Source: an uncultured Clostridia bacterium (GTDB taxonomy: Bacteria; Bacillota; Clostridia; Christensenellales; DTU072). From it: DNA of 64,000 nucleotides. Below are positions 10,100 through 20,947 of the stretch, piece after piece. A program made the position numbers and the translations under genes. The DNA is taken from contig CALVJA010000006.1 of NCBI GenBank assembly GCA_944331875.1, positions 1,822 through 65,821 on the forward strand, read 5' to 3'. The number at the start of each line of letters is the position of its first letter. Position 1 is the stretch's first letter. The notes under the pieces are model-generated. The model searched no databases. It was not told the DNA's origin and saw only the letters and a list, made by a program, of their open reading frames with translations.

Positions 10100-10103
<4 letters not shown>
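9285..10103 (-). CDS. potB: Spermidine/putrescine ABC transporter permease
   Basis: The tracked ORF starts at 10241. I prefer the ATG at 10103 (MKAKEFFGKG...), which forms an ATGA overlap with the potA stop. The Arg-rich 46-aa extension looks non-coding. Confidence 0.85.
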
Positions 10104-11583
<1,480 letters not shown>

Positions 11584-11611
<28 letters not shown>

Positions 11612-12117
11612 ATTATCTTTGCGTCGCGCTGGAAGTCGTTGACGATCTTGTGCTCGTAAGCGCCGTCGATGTAAAACGCTTCCCCTCGTTTCGCGGTATA
11701 GCTTTTATCGTCGCATATAAGCGTTATCTTCCCCTCCAGAACGTAGCCGAATTCCTCCCCTTCAAAGGGCATCCTGACGTCCGATTCGCTCCCCGCGGGA
11801 AGCGTTAAAAGTATCGGTTCCATTTCGTTTTTCTGGGAATTCGGGATAAGCCAGGTGGCTTCGCCGCCCCCGTTCGGCGACACGAAAAAGTCGGATTTGC
11901 CGAACACCTTCTGCTCCTCTTTTTCCTCCGCGAAAAACGCCTGCGGCGTAACGCCGAGGACGTTCAATATATCTATCAAAGTTGCTATCGACGGGCTCGC
12001 AAGGTCGTTTTCGAGCTGGGATATGTACCCTTTCGTAAGCTCCGCGCGGAGCGCAAGCTCCTCCTGCGTGAGCCCTCTTCTGAGCCGTATCGATTTTATT
12101 TTTCCTCCGATGTCCAT
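11584..12117 (-). CDS. XRE-family HTH + cupin transcriptional regulator (PuuR-like)
   Basis: I prefer the start at 12117 (MDIGGKIKSIRLRRGLTQEELA...) over the tracked 12174. The protein has an N-terminal HTH_XRE and a C-terminal cupin (FGYVLEGKITL). Confidence 0.8.
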
Positions 12118-12282
12118 TGCCACTCCTTTTCGGGTATGCATATCATACATTACGGATAATGTTATGTCAAACAATTTGATTAAAATTATTAAACTTAATT
12201 TTGTTTAGTAGCACTAAACTTTTTGGTTATATGCGCCCTTCGGGCAAAAATCGGGGGCGCCTAACGTGCGTGCGTTTTTATG

Positions 12283-12320
12283 AAAAAAGCTCCCGAATAC
12301 GTTCGGAAGCTTGCTTTTTT
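12283..12320 (-). terminator. Bidirectional intrinsic terminator after the hydrogenase gene
   Basis: AGCTCCCGAA tacg TTCGGAAGCT, flanked by an A-run (12283-12287) and a T-run (12315-12320). Confidence 0.7.
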
Positions 12321-12353
12321 CCGGGTACTGCCCGGTCACGGGCAAATGCCGCA

Positions 12354-13796
12354 TTACTGTTTTTGCACGGGCATCACCAGTTGCGAGAGCGCGTCGTGGA
12401 TGTTCTTTTCGAGGGCTTCCTTGCCGTACACGTCCACTTCGGCTTTGTTTTTTATGCCGTGCGTGAGGCAGCCCGCGCCGCCTATACAGCCGTCCACGCA
12501 AGCCATTCCCTCGATGAAATTGTTGGGAAGAACGCCTTTCGACGCCCTTAGAAGCGCCGCGCGGCACTGCTCTATGCCGTCGCAGACGATGGGTTTGAAC
12601 TCGAAACCGTCGATACCGTTTTCCTTTATCGCTTGTCTCACGGCGTCGGTCACGCCGCCGGAGCGCGCGAATATCCTGCCGAAGTAGGAGGCGTTGTCGA
12701 GGTGCCCCTCGCTTAGCGCGGGCATATCGATGTCCTTTGAGTCGATGAGCGCCTGAAGCTCCTCGAACGTTATCACGGAATCGACATAGGGGCGCACTTC
12801 CTTTTTCTTGAATTCCGTCTTTTTCGCGGTGCAGGGCCCGATGAACACCACTTTGGAGGAGGGATCTACGCTCTTCATGTATTTTGCGATCGTCGCCATC
12901 GGCGAGAGGTTATGCGATATGTTTTTGACCATGTCCGGGAACTGCTGATGTATGTACATCACGAACGCGGGGCAGCACGAGCTTGTCAGAAATCCCTTTT
13001 CGGCGAGCTCCTTCGATTCTCCGTCCGCCACCATGTCGGCGCCGAGCGCCGCCTCGACGACCGCGAAAAAGCCGAGCTCCTTTATCGCGGACACCACTTT
13101 CCCCAGCGAAACGCCGGCGAACTGTCCCGCTATCGAGGGCGCTACCACGGCGTACACCTTGTATTTGGAGTTGTTTTCCGATTTTTTCAGGATATCGATG
13201 ACGTCCAGTATAAAGGATTTGTCGGATATCGCGCCGAAGGGGCACTGATATACGCACGCGCCGCAGGAGATGCATTTTGAGTTGTCTATCTCGGCGGCGA
13301 GGCTTTCCGACATCGATATTGCCTTTACCTTGCATGCGTTTTCGCAGGGACGTTTGAGGTTTATGATCGCGGAATACGGACAGACCTTGCTGCACATACC
13401 GCACTCTACGCATTTCGATTTGTCGATATGCGCCTTTTGATTGTGGTCGAAGGTTATCGCGCCGCGCTTGCACGCCTGTTCGCAGCGATGCGCAAGACAC
13501 CCGCGGCACGCGGTAGTCACCTCGTAGCCGCCCGACGGACAGTCGTCGCAGGCGATATCGATGACCTCTATGGCGTTGGGGTTTGACGGGTCGCCGCCCA
13601 TCGCGAGTTTCACGCGCTCGTTCAATATCGCGCGTTCCTTGTACACGCAGCAGCGCATCGTGGGCGTTTTGCCGGGCACGATCTCGGAGGGTATATCGAG
13701 TATCTTGTCGTAGAGCCTGTCCGTCCAGGCATAGCGCGCCACTTCGCGCAGCACGCGGTATTTCAGGTACTGTACTTTGGTATCGAATCTGTTCAT
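12354..13796 (-). CDS. hydA: Monomeric [FeFe]-hydrogenase (HydA2-like, ferredoxin-dependent type)
   Basis: 480 aa with N-terminal Cys-rich ferredoxin-like clusters and H-cluster motifs TSSCCPAF, GPCTAKKTE and MACVDGCIGGAG. Confidence 0.8.
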   Translation of the reverse strand: MNRFDTKVQYLKYRVLREVARYAWTDRLYDKILDIPSEIVPGKTPTMRCCVYKERAILNERVKLAMGGDPSNPNAIEVIDIACDDCPSGGYEVTTACRGCLAHRCEQACKRGAITFDHNQKAHIDKSKCVECGMCSKVCPYSAIINLKRPCENACKVKAISMSESLAAEIDNSKCISCGACVYQCPFGAISDKSFILDVIDILKKSENNSKYKVYAVVAPSIAGQFAGVSLGKVVSAIKELGFFAVVEAALGADMVADGESKELAEKGFLTSSCCPAFVMYIHQQFPDMVKNISHNLSPMATIAKYMKSVDPSSKVVFIGPCTAKKTEFKKKEVRPYVDSVITFEELQALIDSKDIDMPALSEGHLDNASYFGRIFARSGGVTDAVRQAIKENGIDGFEFKPIVCDGIEQCRAALLRASKGVLPNNFIEGMACVDGCIGGAGCLTHGIKNKAEVDVYGKEALEKNIHDALSQLVMPVQKQ

Positions 13797-14335
13797 AGTT
13801 CCGTTTTTAATACGACGTTGCCGTCCAGGTCTTTGATGGTCACAATGTTATCCTCTATCACGGCGTAGCTTTTGGGACAGCCCGATTTCGGTATCGAACA
13901 CGACGCCACGTTTATGTATTTCACGCCGTCCGAAACGAGGACGGAATTGACGTGTGTATGCCCGTATATCACGTCGTCGGCGTATCCGATGAGCGGGGGC
14001 GCCGCGGGATTTATACGGTGCCCGTGCGTGAACATGACGGACTTCGAGGCTATCTTCACTACGCGCCTTTCGGTAAACTCCGCGCCGAGTACCGCCTCGT
14101 CTACTTCGGAGTCGCAGTTACCCTTTATGTATATAACGGGTACCCGAAGTTCCTTTAACATACTGCATACCGATCTCGGAGCATATGTGTCGGGCGGGTC
14201 GTTTCTGGCACCCGAATAATTGACGTCGCCGAGGCTTACGACAACGTCCGGCTTTTCCGCGAGGATCAGCGCGGAAAGCCTTTCCATGCTTTCGGCGCTG
14301 CCGTGGAGGTCGGTGAACACGAAGTATTTAGTCAT
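13793..14335 (-). CDS. YfcE/MJ0936-family metallophosphoesterase
   Basis: 180 aa with the motifs DLHG, GDVNYSG, GNCD, THGH and GHTH. Confidence 0.75.
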   Translation of the reverse strand: MTKYFVFTDLHGSAESMERLSALILAEKPDVVVSLGDVNYSGARNDPPDTYAPRSVCSMLKELRVPVIYIKGNCDSEVDEAVLGAEFTERRVVKIASKSVMFTHGHRINPAAPPLIGYADDVIYGHTHVNSVLVSDGVKYINVASCSIPKSGCPKSYAVIEDNIVTIKDLDGNVVLKTEL

Positions 14336-15491
14336 AATAGACCTCCACCCGTTTTCCGGCGCGCTTCAGATAGTCCGAAAGCGTTTCGACTAGTTTCAAT
14401 TTCATCGTGATATCTATGGGAAGTCCCTGGTGCGCGGCGTTTATAGATTGTCCGACGAAGAATTTGACGTGGGTCGCTTCCTCGAACAGCATTTCCGCCA
14501 GAAGCGAGGCGCCGTCGCGTTTTCCCGTAAAAGTTTTGGGGGTGAGATCGGTGTGCGAAAGGTATTTTTCTCCGAGTTCGACGAGCTTTCTGAGCGTCAG
14601 AACGCCCTCGGTGGTCAGATCGATGCCGTCGATATGCCCTATCGGCGGGACGTCCTTGTCGGGAAAATCGAAATCCGCCTTGACGGTGGTGCCGAGGTGG
14701 CGCGCCACTATCGTCGAGGAAGTGCCGCCGCACACTATCTTTTTGGTATCGCCCTCCAAAAACCTGGAAATATAAAAATCGTCCTTCGATTTGTCCACGG
14801 GCGGACCCACCATTATGTTTACGCGCACGACGGGGCGTATCCTGACCGCCGCCACGGTGGTGTCGTCGCCGGGTTTGTCGAGATAGAGGTCGTTGCAGGC
14901 GGAAGCGAGCAGGCACGCCACCGCAGAGGCGCTCATATCGGGCTTTACGGCTTTGTCGAGATACTCCATCACGTCCTTTCTGAGCCAGCCGAAATTGAGT
15001 ATCATGCCGATACCCGCGTGAATGACTCCGTCCGACATCGTCACGATATAATCGCCCGCTTTCAGCTTCAGCTCGGTGATGTACACCGTTTTACCCTCGT
15101 ATTTATGGGGAACGCGTTCGAAATCGCGGCATTTGCCGTCCGTTATGTATATGGCTTCGGGGTTGTCGAACTCGAACATATACCCTTCGCCCGCGCGGTT
15201 GACGTGAATAACGGTGAACGTCGCGTACGCTACGCCCCTTTCGCGGCATACGGGAAGCGTCTGGATTATCGTATCCACGCACTCCTCTATCGAAACGCCG
15301 CCCGAGACCATAGTGCAAAGTATCGTGCTGGTGAGGGTGGAAAGGATATTCGCCTTCACCCCGCTCCCCAGCCCGTCGGCAAGCACCAGCGTGGTATATT
15401 CGCCGTCGTCGGAGACCTTTACGCGGTCGCCGCAAAGTTCTTCGCCCGCCTTGTTCAGCGACGTATAGCCGTTTTCGAGATAGAGTTCCAT
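14328..15491 (-). CDS. SpoIIE/PP2C-type serine phosphatase with uncharacterised C-terminal half
   Basis: 387 aa. The N-terminal half (ELCGDRVKV, LADGLGSGVKANILS, MSDGVIHAG) is PPM/SpoIIE-like. The gene overlaps its neighbours on both sides. Confidence 0.75.
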   Translation of the reverse strand: MELYLENGYTSLNKAGEELCGDRVKVSDDGEYTTLVLADGLGSGVKANILSTLTSTILCTMVSGGVSIEECVDTIIQTLPVCRERGVAYATFTVIHVNRAGEGYMFEFDNPEAIYITDGKCRDFERVPHKYEGKTVYITELKLKAGDYIVTMSDGVIHAGIGMILNFGWLRKDVMEYLDKAVKPDMSASAVACLLASACNDLYLDKPGDDTTVAAVRIRPVVRVNIMVGPPVDKSKDDFYISRFLEGDTKKIVCGGTSSTIVARHLGTTVKADFDFPDKDVPPIGHIDGIDLTTEGVLTLRKLVELGEKYLSHTDLTPKTFTGKRDGASLLAEMLFEEATHVKFFVGQSINAAHQGLPIDITMKLKLVETLSDYLKRAGKRVEVYYD

Positions 15492-17185
15492 TATTCCTCT
15501 TCCGCCCCGCTCAGCGTTTCCTTCAGTTTCAATAGCGCCACTTTCGTTTCCGCGGTGGTCTCGCCGAGAAGCGACGCTATCTCCTGCGCGACGCGCATCT
15601 GCTTTTTGATGACTTCGTCGGTGGTGGCGAGCGTTTTGGCGCGCACCTCGTCGAGTTCCTTCGAATATTCGACGTTGTCGGTCACGTCCTTCAGGACCGC
15701 GAAAAGCGTCTTGTGCTCGGGGAGCATTACGATATTCATATCGACGTAACGCTTCGTTTCCTCTATATATACCTTTTTCCTGTGGACGTTTTTACCGTCC
15801 GCGACGGCGCGGAAAAATTCCGCCGCGTTTATCGATTCATAAAGGTACGTCCCCTTGGGATCGCTCATCTCTATCCCCAGAAGTTTCCTGGCGAGGGCGT
15901 TCGATTCCGTGATCTTTAGGTCGTAATCCATCATTATGATGCCGTTCGGGCTGTTTTGGATGATCTCGAACGACATGGACTCGGCGCGCTTTCTCATGTA
16001 CGGTATGCACATATCGAGATCGGCGTTGCCGTTCAATACCGCTATCGCCTTTTCGCGGCATGTGGGATAGCCGCAGGCGCCGCAGTTCAACTCGTCCTCC
16101 GGCGTGAGCTTTCCCGTTTTCGCGAGAGTCAAGCGTATGTCGCGTTCGCTGGGAACGATGTTCCCCAAAGATATCCTCGGGTGCCCTTCGGCAAGATCTG
16201 TGCCCATCGCGTCTATGTAATCGCCCGCTTTGTCGTTTTCCAGCGAAGACAGCGCGTACCTTCTGACGTCCTCGTTCGCCTTCAGCGCGCCGTCGCGCTT
16301 CAGCGTGGCGGGCCCGTTTATGCAGGCGTATTCGCAGCAGTTTATCTCTATGAACATCCCCTCGAGCCCGTCGATGTCCTCCAGGACGTCGAAGCTTCTT
16401 TTCACGCCGTCCACGGCGACGTACTCGTAGCCTTTGGGAAGTTTGTTGAACGATTTTATGATGCCGCGGCTGATGGGATAATATTTGGAACGGTTGTTCT
16501 CGGAGGGGTGCACGGGAAGCGACGCGATCGCCGCGGGGTCTATGCCGCGCGCGTCGAACATCGTCTTCAGTTCGTTAAATGTGAGCACCGCGGAGATGAG
16601 CCCCGACTCCCTGCCCTCGCGTTTTTTCGCTATACAGGGTCCGATGAACACTATCTCCGCCTCGGGATAGCGCTTTTTCAGCAGTCTCGCGTGCGCGACC
16701 ATAGGGCTCGCGACGGGTGCAAGGTATTTCAAAGCCTTCGGATAATACAGCTGTATCATCCTGTTTATCGCGGGACAGGCGCTCGTTATAAAGTTTTTGT
16801 ATTCGCCCGTTTCCAGAAGTTTTTCGTATTCGGCGGTGACGATATTGGCGCCTACCGCGGTCTCCTCAGCCATTTTGAAGCCGAGTTTCCCGAGCGCGAT
16901 GCCCATCGCGGAAAAATCCTTCAGTCCGAACGCGGAAACAAAGCTGGGCGCTACCGTGGCTATGACGGGTCTTCCGGAGGCGAGAAGCGCCTCGACGGTA
17001 TCCGTTTCGCTGTGTACGCGCTTGGCGTTCTGGGGACAGACGACGGTGCATTTGCCGCACAAAATGCATCTGTCCTCTATTATGCGCGCCTCGTGATCGA
17101 CGAATTTGATGGCTTTAACCGGGCATTCGCGCAGGCACTTATAACAGTCCCTGCATTTGGAGCCCGTAAAATCGAGATACTGCAT
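15491..17185 (-). CDS. hydS: Sensory-type [FeFe]-hydrogenase-like protein with C-terminal PAS domain (HydS-like)
   Basis: 564 aa. It has two CxxCxxCxxxCP ferredoxin motifs and H-cluster-like motifs TSACPAI / GPCIAKKRE / CCEYACINGP. A Cys-rich linker and a PAS-like segment (FEIIQNSPNGIIMMDYDLKITESNALARKLLG) follow. Confidence 0.8.
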   Translation of the reverse strand: MQYLDFTGSKCRDCYKCLRECPVKAIKFVDHEARIIEDRCILCGKCTVVCPQNAKRVHSETDTVEALLASGRPVIATVAPSFVSAFGLKDFSAMGIALGKLGFKMAEETAVGANIVTAEYEKLLETGEYKNFITSACPAINRMIQLYYPKALKYLAPVASPMVAHARLLKKRYPEAEIVFIGPCIAKKREGRESGLISAVLTFNELKTMFDARGIDPAAIASLPVHPSENNRSKYYPISRGIIKSFNKLPKGYEYVAVDGVKRSFDVLEDIDGLEGMFIEINCCEYACINGPATLKRDGALKANEDVRRYALSSLENDKAGDYIDAMGTDLAEGHPRISLGNIVPSERDIRLTLAKTGKLTPEDELNCGACGYPTCREKAIAVLNGNADLDMCIPYMRKRAESMSFEIIQNSPNGIIMMDYDLKITESNALARKLLGIEMSDPKGTYLYESINAAEFFRAVADGKNVHRKKVYIEETKRYVDMNIVMLPEHKTLFAVLKDVTDNVEYSKELDEVRAKTLATTDEVIKKQMRVAQEIASLLGETTAETKVALLKLKETLSGAEEE

Positions 17186-17204
17186 AAGCTCTCCCCGATA
17201 TTTT

Positions 17205-17456
17205 TTACGCGTTGACCGCCTTTACGATAACGTCGTCGAAAAATTCCTCGACGGCGGCGGGATCCACCGAATAGTACTTTCCGTCTACGGTGACGGACAC
17301 GCCCTTTTCGGCGCATTTACCCATACAAAAAGCGCCGGACAACTCGACGTCTTCGCCGAGACCCTTGCGCTTTACGATGTACTGCAGCTCCTCTACGACC
17401 TGGCGGGAGCCCTTCAGATGGCAGGAACTGCCGATGCAAACGGTTACTTTTACCAT
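17205..17456 (-). CDS. Thioredoxin-like [2Fe-2S] ferredoxin
   Basis: 83 aa with four Cys in a C-x4-C...C-x3-C pattern (VCIGSSCHLKG ... FCMGKCAEKG). Confidence 0.7.
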   Translation of the reverse strand: MVKVTVCIGSSCHLKGSRQVVEELQYIVKRKGLGEDVELSGAFCMGKCAEKGVSVTVDGKYYSVDPAAVEEFFDDVIVKAVNA

Positions 17457-17500
17457 ATCGATATACTCCTAATCGTATTGATCTCGTATTCGTTTTAGGT

Positions 17501-17529
17501 GCCGCGCGGGGGTATACGCCCCGCGCGGC
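17501..17529 (-). other. 11-bp GC-rich hairpin without U-tract between the kinase-like gene and the ferredoxin gene
   Basis: GCCGCGCGGGG gtatacg CCCCGCGCGGC. No T-run follows on either strand. Confidence 0.5.
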
Positions 17530-17539
17530 ATAAAACGCT

Positions 17540-18295
17540 TTATTCGTAGTCCACGACGTCTATCCAGTGCAGGAGGAATTCGCGCTCGTTCTTCTTGCCC
17601 TTTACGAGCTGGGAAGCCGCAACGATGGGGATCCACTTCTGAACGTACTGCTTGGCGGTGTCGCTCTTTTTGCAGAACAGGTTCAGATATTTCTCCGCGC
17701 CGTCTATGTCGCCGGCGAGCCAGAACAATAGGTACGTCCTCGCCACGTCCGCCGAAGCGTTGCCCTGGGTCGCGTGCGACCAGTCGATGATGAACGGCGT
17801 GCCGTCCGGTCTGATGATGATGTTGGACGGGTTGAAGTCGCCGTGGCACACCTTGTCGTGCTTGGGCATGGAGTCGAGCCTCGTATGCAGATCGTAGCGC
17901 GTTGTCGCGTTCAGATCCGCCTGGGAGATCTTCCTGTTCATCTTGTCCTTCAGCTTGTTAAGGAGCGGGCTTTTTTTGGAGTGCACTTCCATCTGAAGGT
18001 CCACGAACAGCTCGAGGTACTCGTCCTTTTTCTCGGGGTTTTCCTTCATCAGCTGCTCGAGGGTCTTACCCTCGATATATTCTATCACGAGCGCCCATTT
18101 GCCGTCAATGGTAGTTACTTCCAGAAGTTTGGGGATATTGAGCCCCGTCTCCTCTACGCGCGCCTGGTTGAGCGCCTCGTTCAGGATATCCGCTTTCGAG
18201 AAAGATTCGTCGAATATCTTGATGACCTTGTCCTCGTGGCGGTAGATGGTCTTGGAGTTTCTGAGAGCTAAGATCTTGTCCTTGCCGAGTTCCAT
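17540..18295 (-). CDS. Protein-kinase-like (APH/choline-kinase fold) phosphotransferase
   Basis: 251 aa with catalytic-loop HGDFNPSNIII and an IDWSHA motif. Confidence 0.7.
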   Translation of the reverse strand: MELGKDKILALRNSKTIYRHEDKVIKIFDESFSKADILNEALNQARVEETGLNIPKLLEVTTIDGKWALVIEYIEGKTLEQLMKENPEKKDEYLELFVDLQMEVHSKKSPLLNKLKDKMNRKISQADLNATTRYDLHTRLDSMPKHDKVCHGDFNPSNIIIRPDGTPFIIDWSHATQGNASADVARTYLLFWLAGDIDGAEKYLNLFCKKSDTAKQYVQKWIPIVAASQLVKGKKNEREFLLHWIDVVDYE

Positions 18296-18307
18296 TTCGC
18301 TGCCTCC

Positions 18308-20911
18308 TTATTTTCCGTAATATGCGTTCAGGTACATCTGCTTTATTTCGCTCATCAGCGGGTACCTGGGGTTGGCGCCGGTGCACTGGTCGTCGAACGC
18401 CTGCTCTACCATTTCGTCCAGGGTGGAGAGGAATTTCTCCTCGTCTATACCGTAATCCCTGATGGTCTTTTTGATGCCTACCTTTTCTTTCAATTCGTCC
18501 AAAGCCTTGATGAGGTTTTTGAGCTTCTCGGAATCGTTCTTACCTTTGATGCCCAGGTAATCTGCGACTTCGGCATACCTTGCGAGGGTGTGCGGGTATC
18601 CGTATTGCGGGAAAGTACCCATCTTGGTCGGAACTTCCTCGGCGTTGAAGCGGAGCACTTCGTCTATCATCAACGCGTTCGCCACGCCGTGCGGCAGGTG
18701 GTGGAAGGCGCCGAGCTTATGCGCCATCGAGTGGCACACTCCGAGGAACGCATTAGCAAACGCCATACCCGCCATGGTAGCGGCGTTCGCCATCTTCTCG
18801 CGCGCCACGGGATCGTTCGGGCCGTTGTCGTAGGCTCTCGGAAGATACTCGAATATCATCTTCAAAGACCTCAGCGCCAAACCGTCGGTATAATCGGTAG
18901 CCATCATCGATGCATACGCTTCGAGCGCGTGGGTGACGGCGTCTATACCGGAAGCGGAGGTGAGCCCCTTCGGCGCGTTCATCATCATATCCGCGTCCAC
19001 TATCGCCATATTCGGCATGAGCTCGTAATCGGCAAGAGGATATTTGACGCCCGTCCTCTCGTCGGTGATGACCGCGAACGGAGTGACTTCGGAGCCCGTT
19101 CCCGCCGAGGTGGGTATGGCGATGAAGTATGCTTTTTCGCCCATCTTCGGGAAGGTGTACACCCTCTTTCTGATGTCCATGAAGCGCATCGCGAGGTCCA
19201 TGAAGTCCACTTCGGGATGCTCGTACATTACCCACATTATCTTACCCGCGTCCATCGCGGAGCCGCCGCCTATCGCTATGATGCAGTCGGGTCCGAACGC
19301 TTTCATCGCCGCGGTGCCCTCTTTGGCGCAGGCGAGAGTGGGATCGGGGGCGACGTTAAAGAACGTCGTGTGGGTGATACCCATTTCGTCGAGTTTGTCG
19401 GTGATGGACTTCGTGTAGCCGTTGTTGTACAGGAAGCTGTCCGTAACGATAAACGCCTTCTTTTTGCCCATAACGTGCTTCAATTCGTCCAAAGCAACGG
19501 GGAGGCAGCCCTTTTTGATATACACCTTCTGAGGCGCTCTGAACCAAAGCATGTTTTCTCTCCTTTCCGCAACCGTTTTTATATTGATAAGATGTTTGAC
19601 GCCGACGTTTTCGCTGACGGAGTTGCCGCCCCAGGAGCCGCAGCCCAGAGTGAGCGAGGGCGTAAGTCTGAAGTTGTAGATGTCGCCGATACCGCCCTGC
19701 GAGGAGGGAGTGTTGACGAGGATACGACAGGTCTTCATCCTTTCGAAGAATTTGTCCAGTTTCGCCTTTTCGGTGATCTGATCGATATATACCGAGGAGG
19801 TGTGGCCGAAGCCGCCGTCGGCTATAAGCCTTTCCGCCTTGTCGATGGCTTCGTCGAAGTCCTTGGCGCGGTACATCGCGAGCACCGGGGACAGTTTTTC
19901 GTGCGCGAACTCCTCGGAGATATCCACAGATTCCACTTCGCCGATAAGCACCTTCGCGGTGTCGGGAACGGTGACTCCGGCAAGAGCCGCTATCTTCGGA
20001 GCGCGCTGTCCGACGATCTTCGCGTTCAGGGCGCCGTTGATGATTATCGTCTTTCTGACCTTTTCGGTCTCCTCGGGGTTCAAAAAGTACGCGCCGCGCG
20101 CCTTGAATTCCGCCTTTACCGCGTCGTATACTTTGTCGAGCACGATGACGGACTGTTCGGAAGCGCATATCATGCCGTTATCGAAAGTCTTGGAATGCAA
20201 TATCGAGTTGACGGCGAGAATGACGTCCGCGGTGTCGTCGATTATCGCGGGGGTGTTGCCGGCGCCCACGCCGACGGCGGGTTTGCCGGACGAATACGCC
20301 GACTTGACCATTCCGGGACCGCCGGTAGCGAGGATAAGATCTGCTTCCTTCATCAAAAGATTGGTCATCTCGAGGCTCGGAATGTCGATCCAGCCGATGA
20401 TGTTTTCGGGCGCGCCCGCTTTGACCGCGGCGTCCAGAACGACTTTAGCCGCCGCTATCGTGCTTTTTTTGGCGCGGGGGTGCGGACTGATGATGATGCC
20501 GTTTCTGGTCTTCAGCGAAATAAGCGTTTTGAATATCGCCGTGGACGTGGGGTTCGTCGTGGGTATGACCGCGCATATAACGCCTACGGGCTCGGCGATC
20601 TTTTTGACGCCGTAGGCTTTGTCCTCTTCGAGCACGCCGACGGTGCGGGTGTTTTTATAGGCGTTATAAATGTATTCCGCGGCATAATGGTTTTTGATGA
20701 CCTTATCCTCGACAACGCCCATCCCCGTCTCCTCGACAGCCATTTTGGCAAGCGGTATACGCATTTGGTTTGCCGCCATTGCCGCTTCGAAGAAGATCTT
20801 GTCTACCTGCTCCTGCGTGTAAGTCGCGAACACGGCTTGCGCCGCCCTTACTTTCGCGATCTCCGTTTCGAGCTTTTCGACTGAGTCAACCGGTTCTCTT
20901 GTGAATTCCAT
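18308..20911 (-). CDS. adhE: Bifunctional acetaldehyde-CoA / alcohol dehydrogenase
   Basis: 867 aa: an N-terminal ALDH domain fused to a C-terminal iron-type ADH (GGGSAMDAGK, HSMAHKLG). Confidence 0.95.
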   Translation of the reverse strand: MEFTREPVDSVEKLETEIAKVRAAQAVFATYTQEQVDKIFFEAAMAANQMRIPLAKMAVEETGMGVVEDKVIKNHYAAEYIYNAYKNTRTVGVLEEDKAYGVKKIAEPVGVICAVIPTTNPTSTAIFKTLISLKTRNGIIISPHPRAKKSTIAAAKVVLDAAVKAGAPENIIGWIDIPSLEMTNLLMKEADLILATGGPGMVKSAYSSGKPAVGVGAGNTPAIIDDTADVILAVNSILHSKTFDNGMICASEQSVIVLDKVYDAVKAEFKARGAYFLNPEETEKVRKTIIINGALNAKIVGQRAPKIAALAGVTVPDTAKVLIGEVESVDISEEFAHEKLSPVLAMYRAKDFDEAIDKAERLIADGGFGHTSSVYIDQITEKAKLDKFFERMKTCRILVNTPSSQGGIGDIYNFRLTPSLTLGCGSWGGNSVSENVGVKHLINIKTVAERRENMLWFRAPQKVYIKKGCLPVALDELKHVMGKKKAFIVTDSFLYNNGYTKSITDKLDEMGITHTTFFNVAPDPTLACAKEGTAAMKAFGPDCIIAIGGGSAMDAGKIMWVMYEHPEVDFMDLAMRFMDIRKRVYTFPKMGEKAYFIAIPTSAGTGSEVTPFAVITDERTGVKYPLADYELMPNMAIVDADMMMNAPKGLTSASGIDAVTHALEAYASMMATDYTDGLALRSLKMIFEYLPRAYDNGPNDPVAREKMANAATMAGMAFANAFLGVCHSMAHKLGAFHHLPHGVANALMIDEVLRFNAEEVPTKMGTFPQYGYPHTLARYAEVADYLGIKGKNDSEKLKNLIKALDELKEKVGIKKTIRDYGIDEEKFLSTLDEMVEQAFDDQCTGANPRYPLMSEIKQMYLNAYYGK

Positions 20912-20947
20912 AGTATCGTCTCCCGATTTTTGATTTATTTTGTTGTT

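Noticed and set aside
18590-20884. 764-aa ORF antisense to adhE.
   Set aside because: It has the same shadow-frame properties: Arg/Gly/Val-rich, no motifs, and fully nested opposite a confident gene.
20898-20911. TTCACAA (Rex half-site) at the adhE start codon region.
   Set aside because: It is simply the coding sequence ATGGAATTCACAAGA (MEFTR), with no partner half-site.
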